64,000 bases of DNA from an uncultured archaeon (GTDB lineage Archaea; Asgardarchaeota; Lokiarchaeia; Sigyniarchaeales; SOKP01), in NCBI GenBank assembly GCA_964486045.1, contig CAZALK010000004.1, positions 64,001 to 128,000 of the forward strand, given 5' to 3'. This document shows positions 9,450-20,010 of the stretch, piece after piece (positions within the stretch are counted from its first letter, which is position 1; each line of letters starts with the position of its first letter). The position numbers and the translations under genes were made by a program. The notes below the pieces were generated by a model. It was not told the DNA's origin. It searched no databases and worked only from the letters and a program-made list of their open reading frames with translations.

Positions 9450-10907
9450 TTGATTAGTATGCGGAAGGGATTTATTGAACTAAACGAAAGTGGGGATATA
9501 CGAGAAATAGTTTTAGAGGGAATTGCTGATGTGGAAAAAACACACAAACTAAATAAACTTACTATAGATGAAATCGCTGAGGAAATCGCTCAGAGAAATG
9601 TTTTAGAAGATAGTCTTGTTTCAATTTTGGCTGTAATTTCAACTTCTTATGCGTACTTCAAGCATATTTGTAAAAGGGCATCTATTGAAAAACTTGAAGA
9701 ACTGATAGAGCATCCAAATTATGTTGTACAGTGTTATGCTTTCGTTGCTCTCACTCAGAAAAACACGGATAAGCTCTTTAAGATAATAATGTCAAAGCTT
9801 CATATTACTGAAGTAATAAAAACAATGGGATTTGATATTGGGGGGAGGACTAAAGTCGCTGACTTCTTTCTTTATGAGGGGCAACCATTTCTTACAGAAG
9901 AACAATTTCACAAAGTGGTTGAAGAAGTGCTTGAAAACAATTATGACCTTCAATTCAAATCATATTATTTCTTAGAATTAAATCCTAAAGAAAAGGATTA
10001 TAAGATGATAAGGAAATTTGTTACAGAATATAAAAATCCTTATGCACTTGTAGCTCTAGCGAAATTTCAAAAAAATGTGGATTTAGAAATTATTAAGAGT
10101 TTCTCTCATGGAGAATTATGGCAATTTAATAAAGCAGTCCAAATTTTTCCTCATCCTTCTTTATTGAATCCATTGCTGAAAATTCACAACAAGGGATTAG
10201 AAAGAAAAGAAACTTATCCTCCCAACCTTGAATCTTTATATACAGCTCTCTCCGTTTATCATAATATCGAAGCACTAGAAGTTTTAACAAAAACATTTGA
10301 TAGAATTAAAAATCGAGATTTTGTAGAGTATCATGCAGAAGCAATTTTCCGGGCGATAAGGGATTTTCAAGACGGTTTTTATGATAAACTGCTATTTATA
10401 CTTTGGAAAGATTACAATCAGATTAATTTAGAAATATTCGACTACTTATGGGAAAAAAATTCAGAACTCTCTCTTGAAACGATAAAAATTTCGGTAAACA
10501 ATCCAGATAAATTTTACCAAATGATTCATAATTGGGATAATTTTAAAGATACTACACAGGGGGTAGAAAAACTTGCGGAGAAAATGATTAGAATATTTGT
10601 CAGAGAAGATAAAAAAAACGCCTTTAAGGCAATTAAAACAAATATCCTGTTACAAAATGTAAATTATTTGCCAGTAATTACAAAAATTGTATCTAAGTTA
10701 TCAGAGGTAAAGGATGAGTTTATTGAAGTTTTATTTAATAGGTTTTCAAATGATAAAAATTACCATGTTTACTGCGAAATTGCTAAGTGCCTATTAGATT
10801 ATAATTCGTCTGAAATTAACAGCAAAATGTTACAAATTTTTAAAGAGAAATCATATTTACGCAAAAATGCTGAATTAAAGGAAATTTTGAAAAATGAAAT
10901 CCGTTAG
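9450..10907 (+). CDS. Alpha-helical (HEAT-repeat-like) hypothetical protein
   Basis: 485 aa with repeated helical hairpins such as LEELIEHPNYVVQCYAFVAL and ALVALAKFQ. Confidence 0.6.
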   Translation: MISMRKGFIELNESGDIREIVLEGIADVEKTHKLNKLTIDEIAEEIAQRNVLEDSLVSILAVISTSYAYFKHICKRASIEKLEELIEHPNYVVQCYAFVALTQKNTDKLFKIIMSKLHITEVIKTMGFDIGGRTKVADFFLYEGQPFLTEEQFHKVVEEVLENNYDLQFKSYYFLELNPKEKDYKMIRKFVTEYKNPYALVALAKFQKNVDLEIIKSFSHGELWQFNKAVQIFPHPSLLNPLLKIHNKGLERKETYPPNLESLYTALSVYHNIEALEVLTKTFDRIKNRDFVEYHAEAIFRAIRDFQDGFYDKLLFILWKDYNQINLEIFDYLWEKNSELSLETIKISVNNPDKFYQMIHNWDNFKDTTQGVEKLAEKMIRIFVREDKKNAFKAIKTNILLQNVNYLPVITKIVSKLSEVKDEFIEVLFNRFSNDKNYHVYCEIAKCLLDYNSSEINSKMLQIFKEKSYLRKNAELKEILKNEIR

Positions 10908-11182
10908 GTAAGGAACTTTATCAGATAATATCACTCCTTTCCTAAAACAAAATATAAAATCTCAGATATAATTGAATAATTTGAGCTCCGAAATTTACCT
11001 ATAAAGATTTCTTAGAGTAATAAGAATAATTAAAATCAGAATCTGATCCGCATTGAAATTCCTCTGAAAAAACTAAGAGGAATCCAACAATGTTAAATGT
11101 AATTGGTGAATTATTTCCTTTACAAACAACAGTTAAAAATTATAAAATTATAATTATAAATATAAATAGCTGTGAAGGTATC

Positions 11183-11599
11183 TTGGTTAAAATCTATTCT
11201 ATATCGACAATAAGGAAAAAAGTTAGAGAATATGGGAAGAAAATTAGCGCTCCAACTCATTTATTGACCGTTCGATCTTCTAGTGATGGGTTTGGGACAC
11301 CTCATATTGAAATTGATGAGAATGGGTATAATTATGTAGTCAGTGAGAGAGGAACAGAATTTGAACGAAAACAGACAAAAGATATTAACTTAATATTATA
11401 CTGGATATTCAAACCGATTATATTTAGAATGGCGAGTGATTATGAATTAGAAAATCGAAAACCCAATGAAGATTCAAGAAGGCAATTATTTGCCAAACTA
11501 CTAAAATTGATGGAGCAACTTGATTCGAATTTTGCAAAATGGGAAAAGGAGGAGCTTGATAAATTTCTTGAGAAGGATCCTTACGAAAATAATTTATAA
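11183..11599 (+). CDS. Imm63-family immunity protein (orphan)
   Basis: PHIEID..YNYVVSERG.E.ERK.T.D...LYWIF...ASDYEL.NR....DSRR..F pattern. Start moved to the TTG at 11183. Confidence 0.8.
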   Translation: MVKIYSISTIRKKVREYGKKISAPTHLLTVRSSSDGFGTPHIEIDENGYNYVVSERGTEFERKQTKDINLILYWIFKPIIFRMASDYELENRKPNEDSRRQLFAKLLKLMEQLDSNFAKWEKEELDKFLEKDPYENNL

Positions 11600-11778
11600 G
11601 TAAATAAAATACAAAGAAAAGAAAATACATTAAGCTAAAATTAGAGAAGCACGATCTTCATAGTTTTAAACGTTTTCGGGATTGGACTGAATTAAAAATT
11701 ATAATTTATATTTAATTGTGAGCAGAAAAACAAGATGTTAAATAGCCTTTTATTTGTTTTATCCCTTTAAATAGTAAT

Positions 11779-12318
11779 TTGAAAAAATCTAATTTAGTTT
11801 TTAAAGAGGTAAAAACACCGATTGGGGTCATGGTATTTGGATCATCTGAAAAAGGATTATGTTTACTCGATTTTAAATATAGGAAAAGTTTTCCACGAAT
11901 CCTTAGACGAATTAATGAATATTATGGAGACTCTGCAACCTATGGAACATCTCAATTCATTGAATTAGCTGAAAATCAACTAGAAAAGTATTTGCATGGA
12001 GATTTAAAGATTTTTACAGTTCCTTTAGATATTCGAGGAACTCAATTTCAATTAAAAGTCTGGAATGCATTATTACAAATAAAATATGGAAAGACAGCTT
12101 CTTATCTTGAAATTGCTAAAAAAATTGAAAGACCTACAGCAGTACGAGCGATTGCTAATGCAAATGGGCAAAATTCTATTGCCGTAATTATTCCCTGTCA
12201 CAGAATAATAGGTTCTGATGGTTCTTTGACTGGTTATGGGGGGGGAATCAAAATAAAGCAAAAATTACTGCATCTTGAATCAAAAAACGGGAGTAAAAAA
12301 ATTACGGATTTTGCTTAA
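11779..12318 (+). CDS. ogt: Methylated-DNA--protein-cysteine methyltransferase (intact copy)
   Basis: GTQFQLKVW, IPCHRII and LTGYGGG...KQKLLHLE motifs. Confidence 0.92.
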   Translation: MKKSNLVFKEVKTPIGVMVFGSSEKGLCLLDFKYRKSFPRILRRINEYYGDSATYGTSQFIELAENQLEKYLHGDLKIFTVPLDIRGTQFQLKVWNALLQIKYGKTASYLEIAKKIERPTAVRAIANANGQNSIAVIIPCHRIIGSDGSLTGYGGGIKIKQKLLHLESKNGSKKITDFA

Positions 12319-12632
12319 TAATCAATCATCTTAAATTATAGGTGGAAATTATATCTAATTCTGAATAAAGTAATTAGATTGGAAATTAGAATTCTCGTAA
12401 TGAAAGATATTAAAGATTTTTTAAAACTCATCAATTTAACTAAAGATAGCAGTTATTATGAAAATTTTTTTAAATCCATAGGATCATACGTAATTTTCAG
12501 TGCTTTTTCTACATCTAAACGATATCCATTTGAATCCTGTTCAACCATTTTTATAATTTAATTTTTAATTTTTAATACATTCCTATTAAAAATATCATCT
12601 ATATTTAATCATGAAAAGAAAAACAAGATTCG

Positions 12633-13547
12633 GTGAGAAATTTAAGTAGCAAAAAAATTCCAGTAATTCTGGATACCGATATTGGGATGGATATTGATGA
12701 TACGTGGGCTTTGGGCTTAATATTGAAGTGTCCCGAATTCGATGTAAAATTAATTACAACATCATCAGACAATACCACTATAAAAGCTAGGCTTGTTGCT
12801 AAATTTCTCGAAATTGCAGGGCGTACGGACATTCCTATAGGGATTGGTCCCTCAGAAAATCGTAAAAAAGGTAAATTATATCGTTGGATTGAAGATTATG
12901 AATTATCAAAATATCCTGGATCTGTCCATGAAAACGGCATGGAGGTTCTTTGTTCCACGATAATTGATTCTCCAGATCCCCTTACACTCATTGCAATTGG
13001 TCCTTTAGGAACCGTAGCAGGGGCACTTAAAATGAACCCAAATATTACAGAAAATGCTCGATTTGTAGGAATGCACGGAAGCATTCGAATTGGATACCAA
13101 GATGCACCTTCTCCACACCCCGAATATAATGTGATACGTGATATTCAAGCGTGTAAAGACGTGTTTCAAGCACCATGGGAGAAAACCATAACTCCATTGG
13201 ATACGTGTGGAAACATCGTGCTATCGGGTAAAGATTTTGAACGCATTATGAATTGTGATAATACAATTGTCAAAATAATCAAGGAAAATTTTAAGATATG
13301 GGCTAAGGAAAATAGATTAACTAAATTGATCACTGAAGATAAAAAAACGTCGATCCTATTTGATATGGTGGCGATTTACCTCGGTTTCTCTGAAGAGTTA
13401 CTAAATATAGAAGATTTAAAAATTGAAGTCACTGAGAAGGGGATTACCAAGATAAGTGAAAAAGGAAGTAATATACGATGTGCAACTTCTTGGAAAGATG
13501 TTCAAGCTTTTAAAGATCTGATTGTTAATCGACTAGTTAAATCTTAG
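12633..13547 (+). CDS. Inosine/uridine-preferring nucleoside hydrolase family
   Basis: VILDTDIGMDIDD motif, IAIGPL and EYN. Confidence 0.9.
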   Translation: MRNLSSKKIPVILDTDIGMDIDDTWALGLILKCPEFDVKLITTSSDNTTIKARLVAKFLEIAGRTDIPIGIGPSENRKKGKLYRWIEDYELSKYPGSVHENGMEVLCSTIIDSPDPLTLIAIGPLGTVAGALKMNPNITENARFVGMHGSIRIGYQDAPSPHPEYNVIRDIQACKDVFQAPWEKTITPLDTCGNIVLSGKDFERIMNCDNTIVKIIKENFKIWAKENRLTKLITEDKKTSILFDMVAIYLGFSEELLNIEDLKIEVTEKGITKISEKGSNIRCATSWKDVQAFKDLIVNRLVKS

Positions 13548-13583
13548 TTTCCAAAATACATTATTGACCTTGAAAAATGACCG

Positions 13584-15461
13584 TTATAGCAAACCCTCTT
13601 TTTTAAGCTTCGATTCAACGTCTTTTAAATCCAGTTTTTGTAATATTTCTGAAGTGGGTACACCTTCCTCATTCCACCCTACTGCTTTGTAATATTCGGA
13701 TTTCAATTTCTCGAATGTATTTTTATCTATTGATTCCCCTTTAAACGGTCCCGATGGGAGAGGTTCCCAAAATCTTGACGGTAGAGTATCATCTTGCTTT
13801 GATTTCCATTCAGCATCCGGTCCTCCAAGTAGTGATACAGCTCTCTGTAATTGTAAAATTCTTAATGCTTTTTCACTGAACCATCTTTCTTTTGTTAATT
13901 CCCAACCTGTAACTGCTTGATAGAAACTTGCAATTTGAGCAAAAGCTAGCGTAAAGGTAGTAAAGTTACAATATACTCCAGAATCACTCATAATTGAGCG
14001 TAATTCACTCCCACGTCCATCAATAGGAAGAGCAGCTGATGATGTATGGTCTCCTGCTTGAACTGATACACTATATCCAATTGAAGTTGTAGTGACCATG
14101 TCCTTACCGCTTCTAAGACCATGAGCTCCGATTGCCATGCCTTTAAGATGAATTGCATATTTGAGAACTTCAGTTTCTTTCATTTCTTCAAGTTTCAAAG
14201 CCGCCCGATATATACCTTCTGCTAATATATCACCAATACCTTCTCTAAAAGCAATTTTTCTTGCTAATTCTGCAAATGCATCAACATTTCCCCATTTAAG
14301 ATCAATCCCTCCTAAATCTTCTTTTGAAATGATACCTCTTTGGAATAATTCCCCTGTAAAACCCAAAAGTGAACCACCTTGAATTCCACAAAATCCTAAT
14401 TCTTCTATTATATAAGATAAATAAATGTTCTGTTCTGGTGAAAAAATACCCAAATTTGGCCCCAGGAATGCTTCAAGCTCGTAATCAGGATTATCACAGA
14501 TTGCCCCCTCATATTTTCCATCTCTTAACACCGCCAACTTTAGGCATGTAACAGGGCAACCGAAATCTCCCCAGTATTTTTTTACCCAAAGTTTGTCGAA
14601 TTCTTCACCTTTATAACCTTCCTCATTGTGCCATTCTTCCTGCCAATTTTTAATGGGCTCTGAACTTGAGTCAGCACCAAATGTATATCCTCCGGATCCT
14701 GTACCCCACCGTCTAAAAAGTTCTATCATAAAACATCTATCTGAAAATTCCTTCGACAGCTCGAGCATTTTACCCTGATCAAATACATCTGGTAAGGGGC
14801 CAAAACCTTTTACAACCACAGCTTTTAAGTTTTTAGATCCCATTACACCACCGTATCCTCCGTAACCAGCCGCATGTGTATATTTCGCTGCTACGGCTGC
14901 TACTCTGGATTTGTTTTCTCCAGCAGGACCTATATAGAGAACGGAAGGTTCCTTAAACTCCCCATAATTAGGACAAATTTTTTTGATATCATTAATCGAA
15001 TCCTTTATGAGATAACGCATAGATTCTCTGCTAGTTTTTCCCCATAAATGTGAAGCATCTTTAATCTCTATGTTATCATCGCAAATAAATAGGTAACATG
15101 GTTTTTCAGCCTTTCCTGTAAAAATTATTCCGTCATACCCCGCGCATTTCAATTCCACCCCAAACTCTCCCCCGACTGTTGACCCTATAATCCCATTGCC
15201 TTGGGGAGATTTTCCAGTTACGCAAGTTCTAGCACCGAGAAAATATCCTGTAAAAGGTCCAGTAAGCATGAGTAAAATATTTTCAGGGCCTAGAGGATCA
15301 ATCGTTTCCCACTTATTTCCAAGTCTATCCCATAATATCTTTACTCCTAAACCCCTTCCTCCCATATAATCTTGAAGAATTTTATCTGAAAATGTAATTT
15401 CTTCAATTTTCTTATTTCCAAGATCTATTTCCAGAAATTTTCCAGCATAACCATTCACCAT
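13584..15461 (-). CDS. aor: Tungsten-containing aldehyde:ferredoxin oxidoreductase family catalytic subunit
   Basis: GGRGLG, GPAGE, GGVMGSKNLKA, GCPVTC, YE, GDILAEG and YY..GW...GVP motifs. Confidence 0.92.
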   Translation of the reverse strand: MVNGYAGKFLEIDLGNKKIEEITFSDKILQDYMGGRGLGVKILWDRLGNKWETIDPLGPENILLMLTGPFTGYFLGARTCVTGKSPQGNGIIGSTVGGEFGVELKCAGYDGIIFTGKAEKPCYLFICDDNIEIKDASHLWGKTSRESMRYLIKDSINDIKKICPNYGEFKEPSVLYIGPAGENKSRVAAVAAKYTHAAGYGGYGGVMGSKNLKAVVVKGFGPLPDVFDQGKMLELSKEFSDRCFMIELFRRWGTGSGGYTFGADSSSEPIKNWQEEWHNEEGYKGEEFDKLWVKKYWGDFGCPVTCLKLAVLRDGKYEGAICDNPDYELEAFLGPNLGIFSPEQNIYLSYIIEELGFCGIQGGSLLGFTGELFQRGIISKEDLGGIDLKWGNVDAFAELARKIAFREGIGDILAEGIYRAALKLEEMKETEVLKYAIHLKGMAIGAHGLRSGKDMVTTTSIGYSVSVQAGDHTSSAALPIDGRGSELRSIMSDSGVYCNFTTFTLAFAQIASFYQAVTGWELTKERWFSEKALRILQLQRAVSLLGGPDAEWKSKQDDTLPSRFWEPLPSGPFKGESIDKNTFEKLKSEYYKAVGWNEEGVPTSEILQKLDLKDVESKLKKEGLL

Positions 15462-15991
15462 TCATACACCTCTTCAGTTGCTTTTTCTCCCAAAATTTTT
15501 CTTGCAGTTTCATGTGTGAGTTCCTTAGGTGTTTTAGCTGTGATGTTTTCCATTTCCACATCTTGACTCTCTAAGAGAATCAAAGTATCCCACTTACCTT
15601 CCTGACAAATAGTCGTACATTTCGGTTTTCCCCCACATAAATCGCAAATTACTATATGATCATCTTGAGGATGGAGATGTGGTACTCTTCCAGGACAGGC
15701 ATTAATACATATTCCACATGCGGTACATTTCGATTTGTCAGTGATTACAGCTCTAGTTTGATCATCTACCGATAGAGCTTCCTCGGGACATTCCTCAACA
15801 CATGGGTAATCATTACATTGAAAACAGAGGTGAGGTATTTCAACTCCTGGAACAAGCATGAAAACTCTGACCCTGGAAGCTTCCGGCCAAATTTTCCCTT
15901 CGTGATGTAGAGAACATGTAATCTCACATCTTCTGCATCCGCTGCATTTTTCATAAATTCTTTTTATCCATAGTTTATTTACATTTTGCAT
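15455..15991 (-). CDS. 4Fe-4S dicluster small subunit of the AOR/WOR complex
   Basis: Four Cys clusters (CSGCRRC, CFQC..PC..CP, CTACGIC..ACP, CDLCGG.PKC). Overlaps the aor start. Confidence 0.9.
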   Translation of the reverse strand: MQNVNKLWIKRIYEKCSGCRRCEITCSLHHEGKIWPEASRVRVFMLVPGVEIPHLCFQCNDYPCVEECPEEALSVDDQTRAVITDKSKCTACGICINACPGRVPHLHPQDDHIVICDLCGGKPKCTTICQEGKWDTLILLESQDVEMENITAKTPKELTHETARKILGEKATEEVYEW

Positions 15992-16270
15992 AACAATGCG
16001 CCATTACTTGTAAATGGTCATAATTCTTTATTTTTTTCTTATTTGTAATTTTTATAAACTTATTCACGATGATAGAATACACATCTGATGATTTGTAGAA
16101 GTGTATTTTTAACACAAATCAGACTTCAAATTATTTAAGTTTGAAGCGAGAGTTAAATAGAGATAAAAAATAATTTCTTAAAAGTATTGAAACCGTCATT
16201 AAAAAACCAAACATGCATCAACCTGGCGCAAGTCAAATAATTTAAAGTTCGTGGTTAAATCTACCATGAA

Positions 16271-17899
16271 TTAAACTTTTTCTATTATCTCTACAATTTT
16301 ATGATCCCTGAAAAAATATTGACAATCAGCATAGAATGAAGATATTGTATGGTGAGTTTCCAATAAAATTGCGATTTTATGATGTTTTGCGAGCATGTTA
16401 AGTACGTTTAACCATTTCTCCAAGATCTCCCCGCGTATATTCATAAAGGGTTCATTCATCAAGATTAACTTAGGTTTTAGTTTGAAAATTGCCATGCAAT
16501 GATAAAAAAAATTATCGATAGAAGTCATTGAATTTTTCAAATCATTCACCGCAGAAATTATCTCTTTGGGATGATCATTAATGAAATCATCAATGAAATT
16601 GATAAAGTCACTCTCTTTTGGATGGTTTTTCATGATATTTTTAGGTAATACCACTCTTCCCTCAACAACTAACGCTATCTTGTTATTTCTGAAGTCCTTC
16701 ATTAATTTACCCTTGAGTCCACCTAATAAAGTCCCGTCAATGAGAATTTCTCCCTTTTCTGGATGTTCCGTACCAAGTAGATAATTAATTATCTTCGATT
16801 TACCTGATCCCATTGGACCTCTCAGAGTAACCAATTCTCCTTTACCAATATTAATTACTCCCGTAATTTTTCCTTCAATTAGTTTTGCTTGTACTAGCGT
16901 TTTATGTTGAGATCTTTGGACAGGATTGTCTTCGGCAAACTTAATGGAATAATAAAAATCTCTCATCCAATCTGCCTTACTCGAGTAAGTACAGGAACGA
17001 CCACCATCTGCACTTAAATAATATTCACCCTTTAAAAAAACTGATGATTTACCTTTACAGTAGACGATATAAGAGTTACCATCCGAAATGTAACTTGCGC
17101 TATAAAATTTCACTTTTCCGTGTTTTGAATGCAGAGTGACTTGATCTGCCTTAATGTATTGAAATGGGGGCTCTGTTTTTTTACTGAAATTATTATTACC
17201 TGCATTTTTTAAACCAGTTAATTTACTTTCGAGCGATTCTCTGATATCCGGTGTATTATCTCCAATTAAATCCATCGCCCTCTCTAATTGTACTTTTGCG
17301 TTTTCTAAGTCACCTATTTTGATGAATAATCCTCCCAACATATCTCGTATCTTTAATATCCGGTTTAAAGGTATTGTTTCTTTAATAACAGAATCATATT
17401 TTTTAACAAGAGGCTGCAATTTTTTTCGAATATCTTCCTCATCCTGATAACTAAGTGACAAGAGTTTATACTGAAATTTCACAACCTTAGGGACAATTTC
17501 AAATAATTCTTCAATATAATTGCCTCTTGTAATGTAATCTTTCTCATTGAGCTTGATTTTCAATTCGAGGTATTTTAATAGAAGATAATTATGATTAGAT
17601 GAATATAATGAGCTGATATCAGCTTCGAACTTTTGTAGAAACTCTTGTATACGATCCTTAAAATGGAATTGATGATTAATGAGTGCGCGAAATAGGTAGT
17701 ATTCGAGCTTATGAAATGGATTATCACCGAGTTTCCACATTTCGATCGCGTGTGAAACGGACTCCTCAAAGTAGGATTGTGCCATAAAGAGTTTCGCTTT
17801 ATATTTATGAAAATCATACCCCTTCAATTGGTTGATTTCTTTTAGTGCCTTATCAAACAATTTAAGAGTTATCAAATCATCAATTTCCATAACATACAT
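16271..17899 (-). CDS. TPR-like helical protein fused to a degenerate ABC-type ATPase
   Basis: LGGLFIKIGDLENAKVQLERAM (TPR-like), Walker A GPMGSGKS, Walker B LILMNEP, H-loop ETHH, and no LSGGQ. Confidence 0.7.
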   Translation of the reverse strand: MYVMEIDDLITLKLFDKALKEINQLKGYDFHKYKAKLFMAQSYFEESVSHAIEMWKLGDNPFHKLEYYLFRALINHQFHFKDRIQEFLQKFEADISSLYSSNHNYLLLKYLELKIKLNEKDYITRGNYIEELFEIVPKVVKFQYKLLSLSYQDEEDIRKKLQPLVKKYDSVIKETIPLNRILKIRDMLGGLFIKIGDLENAKVQLERAMDLIGDNTPDIRESLESKLTGLKNAGNNNFSKKTEPPFQYIKADQVTLHSKHGKVKFYSASYISDGNSYIVYCKGKSSVFLKGEYYLSADGGRSCTYSSKADWMRDFYYSIKFAEDNPVQRSQHKTLVQAKLIEGKITGVINIGKGELVTLRGPMGSGKSKIINYLLGTEHPEKGEILIDGTLLGGLKGKLMKDFRNNKIALVVEGRVVLPKNIMKNHPKESDFINFIDDFINDHPKEIISAVNDLKNSMTSIDNFFYHCMAIFKLKPKLILMNEPFMNIRGEILEKWLNVLNMLAKHHKIAILLETHHTISSFYADCQYFFRDHKIVEIIEKV

Positions 17900-17950
17900 A
17901 ATAAAAATCCAAATTGATATATTTTATGATTTTTATTTATATTTTGAGTT

Positions 17951-18928
17951 ATGAGCAAATACCAACCATCCTCTGCAACAGAATTTATTGATTTCATTTC
18001 AAAAATTGTTATTCCTTTAAAATTTAAACCTGCCGTAGTTAGAATAGATAAAGGTCCTGTTCTTTGGGTTGGTGATATTCATGGATTTTATGATAATATT
18101 ACCCATGCAATAGAAATGGCAAAAGAAAACTCAGTTTCAACCTTGATATTTTTAGGGGATTATGTTGACAGGGGACCTTTACAAACGCAGAGTTTAACCA
18201 ATATTGTTTATAGTTTTGCCAGAAGTGAAGGTTATGACGGGAATTTTGATTTCATTGATCCCCTCTTTCTAGAATCATTTCCATTCAAAATTATTGCTTT
18301 GAAAGGTAACCATGAAGATATTGCAGTTAATAAAAGATATGGTTTTCTGTCTGAAATTGTTGAAATCTATGGTAAAACTAATTTAAAAAGCATTATTCAA
18401 TCAATAGAAATAGTTTATGAACATTTGCCAATTATTGCAGAAACTAAATGGGGAACACTTGGAGTACATGGGGGAATTCCTGAATTTAAATCCTTTAATG
18501 ATACAGTAGAACTAGAAATGGTGAAAACACTGCGAAAACTTAAAATTCCCATTAAACACAATCCATTGAAATTAAAAATGGATCTAAAAATGGCAATCGA
18601 ACAATTTCTGTGGAATGATCCAGATGAAAAGTTATCAAATGAGCATATTATATTCAGTGATAGCATGCGTGGAAGCCCATATAAAGTTTTTAATCAAAAA
18701 GCATTTAATGTATTTATGGAGAATCTCGGATATAATAGGTTAGTTCGAAGCCACCAATCATCTAAAGGCGCTTTTGATTCATTATGGAACGATACACTAA
18801 TTCACATCTTTAGTGCATTTCCTTATTTTGGGAATTGTAATACTCCTGCATTTTTTTTAGAATTTCAAGATGGAAGTGGGAAAATCATAAATCATCAAAA
18901 TCAGACTCTGTATTCAATAAAAAAATGA
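17951..18928 (+). CDS. PPP-family Ser/Thr protein phosphatase
   Basis: GDIHG, GDYVDRG, GNHE, HGG, LWNDP, RG, RSHQ and IFSAFPY motifs. Confidence 0.9.
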   Translation: MSKYQPSSATEFIDFISKIVIPLKFKPAVVRIDKGPVLWVGDIHGFYDNITHAIEMAKENSVSTLIFLGDYVDRGPLQTQSLTNIVYSFARSEGYDGNFDFIDPLFLESFPFKIIALKGNHEDIAVNKRYGFLSEIVEIYGKTNLKSIIQSIEIVYEHLPIIAETKWGTLGVHGGIPEFKSFNDTVELEMVKTLRKLKIPIKHNPLKLKMDLKMAIEQFLWNDPDEKLSNEHIIFSDSMRGSPYKVFNQKAFNVFMENLGYNRLVRSHQSSKGAFDSLWNDTLIHIFSAFPYFGNCNTPAFFLEFQDGSGKIINHQNQTLYSIKK

Positions 18929-19023
18929 TTTTAAGAATCAATTTGTTAACTATTATATAGTTTTCAGCTATACTTTAAAGGAAGAGTTTATTATATCATA
19001 TAAAAGATTTTTAGGTCCAAAAT

Positions 19024-20010
19024 ATGAAGTATGTTAGATTAGGGAAAACTGGGGTTGAAGTTTCCCGAATATGTTTGGGTATGATGTCGTTTGGAAACAA
19101 ACGAGAGTGGCAGCTTGAATTAGACCAAGCAAGGCCCATTGTTAATACCGCCTTAGATTTAGGAATAAATTTCTTCGATACAGCTAATGTATATAGTGCT
19201 GGTCGTTCAGAAGAAATCACGGGTGAATTGCTTAAAGATTCAAGGGATGATGTTATAATTGCCACAAAAGTGTATTTATCGGCATCAGGGATTAGAGATC
19301 CAAAAGAAAAACCAAATCAAATAGGTTTGTCACGAAAAATAATACGAAGAGAAATAGCTGGATCATTAAAAAGACTTGATGTAGACTACATTGACGTATA
19401 TCAAATTCACCGATTAGATTCGAATTTACCTATTGAAGAAATCCTAAGAAGTTTAAATCATTTAATTAATGAAGGAAAAGTGCTCCATATAGGTGCAAGT
19501 TCCATGTTTGCTTGGCAATTTGCTAAAAGTTTGTGGATTGCTGAAAAATATGATCTGGAACCATTCAGAACTATGCAAAACCATTATAATCTAGTATACA
19601 GAGAAGAAGAAAGAGAAATGATACCCTTGTGTAAAGATCAAGGAATAGGTATAATCTCTTGGTCACCATTGGCACGAGGATTTCTTAGTGGAAGATATTC
19701 CCGTTCAGATGAACCTGATTCTCCCCGAGTAAGATCGGATCCAAATTTGAAAATGAGATATTTCCATCCGGCAGATTTTGATGTTTTGGAAGCCGTAGTG
19801 GAACTTGCTAAGAACAAGGGTGTTTCTCCTGCTCAAATTGCTCTTGCATGGATGTTTTCAAAGGATTATGTCTCATCTCCGATATTGGGAGTTACAAAAG
19901 TAGAGCACGTTGAGCAAGCGGTTGAAGCTTTAAATATAAAACTTTCAGACGATGAAATTAAGAAATTAGAAGAACCTTATAAACCACATCATATAATAGG
20001 ACATGTTTAA
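19024..20010 (+). CDS. Aldo/keto reductase
   Basis: LGKTGVEVSRICLG, FDTANVYS.G.SE, IATK, YQIHR and WSPLARG motifs. Confidence 0.95.
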   Translation: MKYVRLGKTGVEVSRICLGMMSFGNKREWQLELDQARPIVNTALDLGINFFDTANVYSAGRSEEITGELLKDSRDDVIIATKVYLSASGIRDPKEKPNQIGLSRKIIRREIAGSLKRLDVDYIDVYQIHRLDSNLPIEEILRSLNHLINEGKVLHIGASSMFAWQFAKSLWIAEKYDLEPFRTMQNHYNLVYREEEREMIPLCKDQGIGIISWSPLARGFLSGRYSRSDEPDSPRVRSDPNLKMRYFHPADFDVLEAVVELAKNKGVSPAQIALAWMFSKDYVSSPILGVTKVEHVEQAVEALNIKLSDDEIKKLEEPYKPHHIIGHV

